Shown here piece by piece: positions 57,841 through 64,000 of a DNA stretch of 64,000 nucleotides. The stretch is from an uncultured Candidatus Saccharibacteria bacterium (GTDB lineage Bacteria > Patescibacteriota > Minisyncoccia > UBA6257 > UBA9933). Positions within the stretch are counted from its first letter, which is position 1; each line of letters starts with the position of its first letter. The translations under genes and the position numbers were made by a program. A model generated the notes under the pieces. That model saw nothing but the letters and a program-made list of their open reading frames with translations, was not told where the DNA came from and did not search any database. The DNA lies in contig CAYVOL010000003.1 in the NCBI GenBank assembly GCA_964453135.1, positions 33,976 through 97,975 of the forward strand. The letters are read 5' to 3'.

Positions 57841-58389
57841 ATGAAATCATTTTTTTTCGCGGCGCGGGAAATATTGGAAGTAGTGCTAATCGCTATTATA
57901 GTAGTGGCGGGCGTGCGCGCTTTTTTAGTGCAGCCATTTTTGGTAAGCGGCTCCAGCATGGAGCCGACATTCCAAAGCGGCGATTATATTTTAATCAATG
58001 AAATATCTTATCGTTTTCGCGCTCCGGAAAGGGGAGAGGTTGTTGTTTTCCGTTTCCCGGGAAACGAATCCGTTTTTTACATAAAAAGAATTATTGGTTT
58101 GCCCGGAGAACGAGTGGTGATTAAAAACGGAGAAGTAAAGATATTTAATAAAAATCATCCTGATGGTTTTGCGTTAGGCGAAAATTATCTGGGAGTTCCG
58201 ATGCGGAAAATTGACGAGAGAGACGTTCTCTTGAAAGACAGCGAATATTTTATGCTGGGAGACAATCGCAATGCCAGTTCTGATTCGCGGCAGTGGGGAC
58301 CGGCGAAAAAATCGGAAATCATCGGGGAGGTGTGGTTAAGATTATGGCCGCTTAATAAGGTGATGGCTTTTGATAAGCCGGCGTATTAA
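57841..58389 (+). CDS. lepB: Signal peptidase I
   Basis: SGSSMEPT, YIKRIIGLPGE and GDNRNASSDSR. ATG 57841 preferred to the ORF-track start 57769. Confidence 0.95.
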   Translation: MKSFFFAAREILEVVLIAIIVVAGVRAFLVQPFLVSGSSMEPTFQSGDYILINEISYRFRAPERGEVVVFRFPGNESVFYIKRIIGLPGERVVIKNGEVKIFNKNHPDGFALGENYLGVPMRKIDERDVLLKDSEYFMLGDNRNASSDSRQWGPAKKSEIIGEVWLRLWPLNKVMAFDKPAY

Positions 58390-58482
58390 ACCATAAATCT
58401 TGAATCGCGAAACTTAAATCCCGAACCCTATTTTAATCTTGTTTATTTTTCCGTTTATCCCCCCATGGGGCGCCTGCTTAAG

Positions 58483-59778
58483 ATGAAATCTAAAAAAGAA
58501 AAAATTAAAAACGAGAAGAAGATGCTTATTCAAAGCGTGAAGGGGATGCATGACATTCTTCCCGACGAGCAGTTGCTGTGGGAAAAAATAAGGCAGACTG
58601 CCCGAAATATAGCCAATGATTATAATTTTTCCCGTTTGGACACGCCTGCGGTGGAATCGGCCGATCTTTTTGAAAGAAGCGCCGGGCTTGACTCCGATAT
58701 CGTCGAAAAACAAATGTATTTTGTGAAATCCAAGGGAAACGAACGTTTGGTTCTGCGTCCTGAAGGCACTGCTCCGGCGGTGCGTTCTTATTTTGAACAC
58801 GGCCTGGCGCGCATGGGGCTTCCTTTGAAAATTTATTATTTCGCGCCGATGTTCCGTTATGAACAGCCGCAGGCCGGAAGATACCGCCAGCATCACCAGT
58901 TGGGCTTTGAAATTTTAGGCGGAGAAAACGACCCTATTTACGACGCCCAAATTATTTCCGTTATCATCCGTTTTTTGGAGGAGCTGAAAATAAAAAACGC
59001 CTCTGTCCACATCAACAGCATTGGCTGTTTAAAATGCCGCGCGGCTTACTCCAAAAAATTGGAGGCCTATTATAGAAAATATCTCAAAGAAATTTGCAAA
59101 GATTGCCAAAAGCGGCTGGGAAAGAATCCTTTGCGTCTTTTGGATTGTAAAAACGAAAGATGCCAGATTGTTAAAACTGAAGCGCCGATTATTCTTAATT
59201 TTATCTGCGAATCATGCAAAAGGCATTTTAAGAGCGTTTTAGAATATTTAGACGAATTGAAAATCGCTTATTCCATCAATTCGCATTTGGTGAGAGGATT
59301 GGACTATTACAACCGCACAGTGTTTGAAATTTTTACCGAGGGATTTTCTTTCGCCATTGCCAGCGGAGGACGTTTTGATTATCTGGCGGAAATGCTGAAA
59401 TTGAAAAAGTTAAACGCCATGGGCGGGTGTTTGGGAATTGAAAGAGTGGCGGAGGCGATTAAAAGCGCGGGAAAACTGAACTTAACGAAGACTCCGTCCA
59501 AGGTTTTTTTTATTCATATCGGCGACGAGGCGAAAAAGAAGGGGCTTGTTTTGGTTGACGCTTTGCGCCGGGCCGGCGTGAAAACAGGCGAATCATTCGG
59601 GAAGGAATCGCTCAAGGCGCAGTTAAAAATTGCCGACAAAGAAGGGTCTTTGCTGGCATTGATTTTGGGACAGAGAGAAGTCTTTGAAGAAAGCGTTATT
59701 ATAAGAGATATGACTAGCGGCGCCCAGGAAACCATTGCCTTATCCAAAGTCATAGAAGAAGTTAAAAAAAGATTATGA
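58483..59778 (+). CDS. hisS: Histidine--tRNA ligase
   Basis: KGMHD, LRPEGTA, FRYEQPQAGRYRQHHQ, LVRGLDYY and GGRFD. Start could be 58465, 58483 or 58522. Confidence 0.96.
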   Translation: MKSKKEKIKNEKKMLIQSVKGMHDILPDEQLLWEKIRQTARNIANDYNFSRLDTPAVESADLFERSAGLDSDIVEKQMYFVKSKGNERLVLRPEGTAPAVRSYFEHGLARMGLPLKIYYFAPMFRYEQPQAGRYRQHHQLGFEILGGENDPIYDAQIISVIIRFLEELKIKNASVHINSIGCLKCRAAYSKKLEAYYRKYLKEICKDCQKRLGKNPLRLLDCKNERCQIVKTEAPIILNFICESCKRHFKSVLEYLDELKIAYSINSHLVRGLDYYNRTVFEIFTEGFSFAIASGGRFDYLAEMLKLKKLNAMGGCLGIERVAEAIKSAGKLNLTKTPSKVFFIHIGDEAKKKGLVLVDALRRAGVKTGESFGKESLKAQLKIADKEGSLLALILGQREVFEESVIIRDMTSGAQETIALSKVIEEVKKRL

Positions 59779-59827
59779 CTCGTTGTATGAATCTTGAATC
59801 GCGAAACACTGCTTAATTTATCGTGCC

Positions 59828-60232
59828 ATGTGTTTATTTTGCGATATTGCTCAGAAAAAAATTCCAGCGGAAATTATTTATGAGGACGAAGAGGCTTTGT
59901 CTTTTTTAGATATTCATCCGCGCGCTCCGGGGCACGCGGTGATAATTTCCAAAACACACTCGGAAAATATTTTGGATTTGCCCGAAGAAAAAGTAGGCTC
60001 TCTTTTTAAGGCTGTAAAAAAAATAACGTCTTTAATCGACCAGGCTTTTAAGCCCGACGGCTTTACAATCGGCATTAACCATGGTAAGGTAAGCGGACAA
60101 GCGGTGGAACATTTGCATGTTCACATAATTCCCCGCTGGCTTAATGACGGCGGCGGATCGCTCCACGGCGTTGTTAATAATCCGCCATCAGAGTCGCTTA
60201 AAGAAATAAAAAGTAAAATAATACAATCATAG
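59828..60232 (+). CDS. HIT family hydrolase
   Basis: CLFC, FLDIHPRAPGH and the HLHVHIIPR histidine triad. Confidence 0.93.
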   Translation: MCLFCDIAQKKIPAEIIYEDEEALSFLDIHPRAPGHAVIISKTHSENILDLPEEKVGSLFKAVKKITSLIDQAFKPDGFTIGINHGKVSGQAVEHLHVHIIPRWLNDGGGSLHGVVNNPPSESLKEIKSKIIQS

Positions 60233-60310
60233 TTATAAATTACGGATACATCCGAATGCCCCGAATAAATTAGCGGTATTCGCATAAATTCGTTGGTTAG
60301 CATTATTATT

Positions 60311-60520
60311 ATGGAATTAAAACGTCGCGGCGGAGAATCGGCAAGCGCTTTTCTCTACCGCTTTTCCAAAAAAATTCAGCACAGCGGAGTTTTGCGCGAG
60401 GCGAAAAAGAGAAGGCATCTCGGCCGCGCCATTAACAAAAATAAAAGAAAGGCCTCGGCTATATACAGAGAAAATAAAAAAGCGGAAGTGGAGAGGATGA
60501 AAAAGCTGGGGAAAATGTAG
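60311..60520 (+). CDS. rpsU: 30S ribosomal protein S21 (divergent)
   Basis: GESASAFLYRFSKKIQHSGVLREAKKRR; small basic protein upstream of yqeY, the usual rpsU-yqeY synteny. Confidence 0.75.
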   Translation: MELKRRGGESASAFLYRFSKKIQHSGVLREAKKRRHLGRAINKNKRKASAIYRENKKAEVERMKKLGKM

Positions 60521-60646
60521 ATTTGAGTTCATAAAGTTTGTAAAGTTCATAAAGTTAGTTAAGGATTTAAGTCCATATTCATAGAGTTAGCATGGTAATG
60601 TGGTTCTTGCAGTTATATTTATAAACATTATAAATTTCACTATTTG

Positions 60647-61111
60647 ATGCTTAAGGAACAACTTCAGATTGATTTGAGGGAATCTCTTAAAACGCAGGAC
60701 GCAAAAAAAATATCCGTTTTAAGAATGCTCTCGGCCGCTCTTCACAATAAGGTTATTGAAAAAAGGGGGAAAGGGTTGGAAGGAGAATTAAACGATGACG
60801 AAGCGCTGGAGATTTTAATGAAAGAAGCGAAAAAAAGAAAAGAAGCGGCGGAGATTTATTCCAAAGGGGGAAGAAGTGATTTGGCTGAAAAAGAAAATGA
60901 AGAATACGAAATTATCAAGCGATACTTGCCGGAACAGATATCCGAAGAAGAATTAAAGAGAATCGCTGGCGCTGTTTTGGAACGGCTCGGCGTTAAAGAT
61001 ATCAAAGAGATGGGCAAGGCAATCGGAGAAGTGATGAAAGAAGTGAAAGGAAAAGCCGAGCCGCGTTTGGTGAGTGAAATGGTGAAAAAAATACTTAGTA
61101 AAGTTAATTAG
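60647..61111 (+). CDS. GatB/YqeY domain protein
   Basis: KEAKKRKEAAEIY...GRSDLAEKE...YLPEQ...MGKAIG. Confidence 0.92.
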   Translation: MLKEQLQIDLRESLKTQDAKKISVLRMLSAALHNKVIEKRGKGLEGELNDDEALEILMKEAKKRKEAAEIYSKGGRSDLAEKENEEYEIIKRYLPEQISEEELKRIAGAVLERLGVKDIKEMGKAIGEVMKEVKGKAEPRLVSEMVKKILSKVN

Positions 61112-61151
61112 TTTTTTTTAAGTTGCGTGTTACAAGACACAAGATTTCTAA

Positions 61152-62159
61152 ATGTTTATTCGTAAAATCGGCATTGATTTGGGAACAGCCAATACTGTTG
61201 TTTTTCTTCCGGATAAAGGTTTTGTGATAAACGAGCCGACCATCGTGGCTTTGAGCGCGCCCGACAATTCCGTGATGGCGGTAGGAAAAGAAGCAAAGGA
61301 AATGATCGGACGCACCCCCAGCGACATTAAAGCTTATCAGCCGTTAAGAGACGGAGTGATTGCGGATTATTATATCACTAAGGCCATGCTGGGGTATTTT
61401 ATTAAAAAAACATTGGGCATGTTTAATTTTTTTAAGCCCGATGTGGTGATTTCCGTGCCAGCCGGCATTACGCAGACCGAGCGCCGGGCTGTTGTTAACG
61501 CCGCCAAAGAAGCTGGCGCTAAAGCCGCGCATATCGTGCGGGAGCCGATTTTAGCCGCTCTGGGAGCCGGCATTCCCATTAACGCCCATTCGGGCAATAT
61601 GATTATCAACATCGGCGGCGGGACTTGCGAAGCCGCGGTAATTTCTTTGGGAGGAATTGTTTCTTGGTCCAGTCTGCGGGTGGCGGGCAATAAATTTGAT
61701 CAAGCCATCGCCGATTATATAAAGAAAAAATATTCTTTGGCTATCGGCCAGCAAACCGCGGAAAATATTAAAATTAAAATCGGCGCCGCTTTGCCGTCCA
61801 AAGAGAAAAGAACCATGGAAGTGAGAGGACGCGATTTGATTTCCGGTTTGCCCAAAGATATCGCTATTAGCTCCAATGAAATAGCCGAAGCCCTTCACGC
61901 GCATTTGCTGGATATTGCCGCGGCTATCCAGAATGTTTTTAACGAAACGCCGCCGGAACTGGTGGCGGACGTTATGGAAAAAGGAATAATACTTTCCGGC
62001 GGAGGAGCGCAAATCGCCCACCTTCCGGAATTTTTCAAAAGAATGCTGGGCGTGAATGTCTATGTGGCGGAAGAGCCGCTGTTTTGCGTGGCGAAAGGGA
62101 CAGGTTTAATTCTTAATCACTTAAATCTTTACAAGAGGACTTTGTTGAATAAACGTTAA
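61152..62159 (+). CDS. mreB: MreB/Mbl family actin-like protein (second copy)
   Basis: IDLGTAN, NEPT, PLRDGVIADY, EPILAALG, NIGGGT and TPPELVAD. Confidence 0.92.
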   Translation: MFIRKIGIDLGTANTVVFLPDKGFVINEPTIVALSAPDNSVMAVGKEAKEMIGRTPSDIKAYQPLRDGVIADYYITKAMLGYFIKKTLGMFNFFKPDVVISVPAGITQTERRAVVNAAKEAGAKAAHIVREPILAALGAGIPINAHSGNMIINIGGGTCEAAVISLGGIVSWSSLRVAGNKFDQAIADYIKKKYSLAIGQQTAENIKIKIGAALPSKEKRTMEVRGRDLISGLPKDIAISSNEIAEALHAHLLDIAAAIQNVFNETPPELVADVMEKGIILSGGGAQIAHLPEFFKRMLGVNVYVAEEPLFCVAKGTGLILNHLNLYKRTLLNKR

Positions 62160-62175
62160 CCGGCATTTTGGTTTA

Positions 62176-63168
62176 ATGAACCAATATCAAAGATCTTACA
62201 TTGAATTTCTCCGGAAATTTCTAAAACCGGCGAAGCCGCTAAAAGTAGTTTTTGATTGTTCCAACGGCTCGGCGGGAATCGTATTGAAGCATTTATTATT
62301 CAATAGCCGGCGGACAAAAAAACTGAAAGTTTTTTTGATAAACGAAAATCCCGACGGAAATTTTCCGGGACACGGCCCTAATCCGTGGGCTGATAACGCG
62401 ACTGACCAATTAAAAAAAGAGGTTTTGCGGCAAAAGGCGGATTTGGGAATTATTTTTGACGCGGATGCTGACCGCGTTTTTTTTGCGGATAATCGCGGCT
62501 GCTTGCTTGATCCGGACGAAGCGGCTTATATGCTCATATGGCATTTAAAGCCCAAGAGGGCGGTGGCAGATATCAGGACAGGATGGCTGATAAGCAAATT
62601 GGCAATTTCTGATTTTCCCTTATCAATATCAAAATCAAAAGCAGGGCATTATTTTATAAAAAAAATAATGCGGCAAAAGGACGCTGATTTGGGCGTGGAA
62701 AAATCCGGCCATTATTATTTTAGAATTCCAAATTTGCGCGGAGGGACGCTTTATTACGATGACGGAATCTTGGCGGCTTTGGAAATGATTAACGCGGTGT
62801 CGCGTCTGCCTTATTCGCTCGCGGATTTCAGCGATTTGCTTCCGAAATATTATAGAAGCGGGGAAATCAACATCAGAATTCAGAATTCAAAATTCAAAAG
62901 CCAAAATCACAATTCAAAATCAAAAATACTAAAAAAGGTAGAGGATAGATATAAAAATACGGCGGCAAAGATTTCTCATTTAGACGGGCTATCAATGGAA
63001 TTTGAAAGTAATCTTTACGGTCAAGGGCTTGGGAGTGCCGGCGGCAATAGCTGGTGGTTTAATTTGAGGTTTTCCAACACCGAACCGTTTGTCCGCCTTA
63101 ATATGGAAGCCGAGAATGATGAGACGCTTGAAAAGGAGAAGAAAAAATTGTTATTGTTAATGAAATAA
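62176..63168 (+). CDS. Phosphomannomutase/phosphoglucomutase-like protein lacking domain I
   Basis: Begins at domain II (VVFDCSNG, PDGNFPGHGPNP, metal loop FDADADR), with EKSGHYYF and RFSNTEP. No SHNP phosphoserine loop is present. Confidence 0.8.
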   Translation: MNQYQRSYIEFLRKFLKPAKPLKVVFDCSNGSAGIVLKHLLFNSRRTKKLKVFLINENPDGNFPGHGPNPWADNATDQLKKEVLRQKADLGIIFDADADRVFFADNRGCLLDPDEAAYMLIWHLKPKRAVADIRTGWLISKLAISDFPLSISKSKAGHYFIKKIMRQKDADLGVEKSGHYYFRIPNLRGGTLYYDDGILAALEMINAVSRLPYSLADFSDLLPKYYRSGEINIRIQNSKFKSQNHNSKSKILKKVEDRYKNTAAKISHLDGLSMEFESNLYGQGLGSAGGNSWWFNLRFSNTEPFVRLNMEAENDETLEKEKKKLLLLMK

Positions 63169-63246
63169 TGCTAACCGGCGAATTTATGCGAACACCGTGA
63201 ATAAATAAAAGGTCAACCGGCGAATTTATGCGAACACCGCGAATTT
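63164..63246 (+). repeat. Tandem ~25-bp direct repeat AACCGGCGAATTTATGCGAACACCG (2 copies), with an inverted relative at 60273..60307
   Basis: Copies at 63173 and 63215. The reverse complement of 60273..60307 matches 63164..63198 at 31/35 nt. Confidence 0.85.
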
Positions 63247-63249
63247 TTT

Positions 63250-63720
63250 ATGTTTAACGATTCTTTCGGCAACAAATTATCTTTGGAGAAAGTGGTGCGG
63301 GAACTGGTTAATTTTATGCGGCAGGATGAAAGCAGGAAATATAAGGTAATCATCGGCACCGACTCGCAGTATCTGGAAGACAAAACCGCTGATTTTGTTA
63401 ACGCGGTTGTTATTCATCGGATAGGCAACGGGGGCCGGTATTTTTGGAAAAGAAGCCGGTCGGGCAAATTTTACAACATCCGCGACCGGATAATTCAGGA
63501 GGCGCTGGATTCTATTGAAATAGCGCGGAAAGTTTTGGAAAATCTAAAAAAATACGACACTCCGGGTTTTGCTTTTGAAATTCACGTGGATGTCGGAGAA
63601 AACGGCGCGACCCGCAGTATTATCAATGAAGTAGTGGGAATGGTGCGCGCCAATAATTTTGAGGTGAGAATTAAGCCGTACAGCTACGCGGCAAGCAAAG
63701 TGGCGGATAGGCATGTTTGA
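63250..63720 (+). CDS. RNase H-like YkuK family protein
   Basis: IIGTDSQ, VIHRIGNGGRYF, EIHVDVG and KPYSYAASKVADRH. Confidence 0.88.
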   Translation: MFNDSFGNKLSLEKVVRELVNFMRQDESRKYKVIIGTDSQYLEDKTADFVNAVVIHRIGNGGRYFWKRSRSGKFYNIRDRIIQEALDSIEIARKVLENLKKYDTPGFAFEIHVDVGENGATRSIINEVVGMVRANNFEVRIKPYSYAASKVADRHV

Positions 63721-63748
63721 TAGCATTAAAAATTAAAATTATTAGAAG

Positions 63749-64000
63749 ATGGCGCTTGACACCATAGTAATTGACATTGAAACGAAAAATACTTTTTTTG
63801 ACGTAGGAAAAGATAATCTGGACGCCCTGGAAGTTTCTATGATCGGCGTTTATTCCTACGCCAGCCAGAGTTTTTTTTCTTTTGACGAAAATCAGATAAA
63901 GGAAGCGGTTGAATGTATCAAAGGAGCCGGTTTGATTGTGGGATTCAGCATCAATCGTTTTGATATTCCGGTTTTAAGTCGGCATCTTAATTTTGATTTG
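63749..64000 (+). CDS. RNase H-like/DEDD exonuclease domain protein (5' part, runs off the window)
   Basis: MALDTIVIDIETKN...GVYSY...LIVGFSINRFDIPVL, open to the window end. Confidence 0.8.
   Translation, partial: MALDTIVIDIETKNTFFDVGKDNLDALEVSMIGVYSYASQSFFSFDENQIKEAVECIKGAGLIVGFSINRFDIPVLSRHLNFDL

Noticed and set aside
63164-63246. Possible mini CRISPR array
   Set aside because: Only two repeat copies with a ~17-nt spacer, and no cas genes or leader.
1-64000. Alternative genetic code (TGA=Gly, as in Gracilibacteria/Absconditabacteria)
   Set aside because: Conserved genes are full length under code 11, and several end at TGA at the expected position (pilC, scpB, pcrA, hisS).
1-64000. tRNA, rRNA or riboswitch/T-box genes
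   Set aside because: No cloverleaf or rRNA-like segments were recognised in the short intergenic gaps, and the leuS upstream region shows only a simple hairpin. A tRNAscan/Infernal run would be needed to exclude them formally.

Overview
Gene-dense chromosomal segment (genetic code 11), most consistent with a Patescibacteria/CPR (Parcubacteria-like) bacterium. This is inferred from the type IV pilus cluster, the PrgI/VirB4 'T4SS-like' cluster, the Cys-rich ~600-aa protein family, the absence of metabolic genes and the scarcity of Shine-Dalgarno motifs. Housekeeping genes include gyrA, leuS, cysS, scpB, mraY, comM/yifB, uvrD/pcrA, rsmA, mutM, PBP2, mreB (two copies), mreC, pth, lepB, hisS and rpsU. 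There are two surface-appendage loci: a type IV pilus cluster (3.1-15.4 kb) and a VirB4/VirB6-like/pilin cluster without a relaxase (36-50 kb). The most notable non-obvious structure is a two-gene cassette (tail-fibre/adhesin-like protein plus membrane partner) present twice in inverted orientation around leuS-cysS. The two copies share a near-identical ~410-bp promoter + N-terminal block but have divergent C-termini and partners, suggesting a recombinase-free adhesin-swapping or gene-conversion system. Other signals: pervasive 7-nt and 9-nt short tandem repeats (intergenic, in inverted pairs around start codons, and inserted in frame in enzymes), a family of palindromic MITE-like elements, a DnaA-box-like promoter architecture (one promoter has a G9 tract in its spacer), probable leaderless mRNAs, a pilin-peptidase fusion and two truncated enzymes. 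I saw no tRNA, rRNA, CRISPR array, integrase, transposase or reverse transcriptase. All calls come from reading the sequence and translations by eye; no database searches were run.
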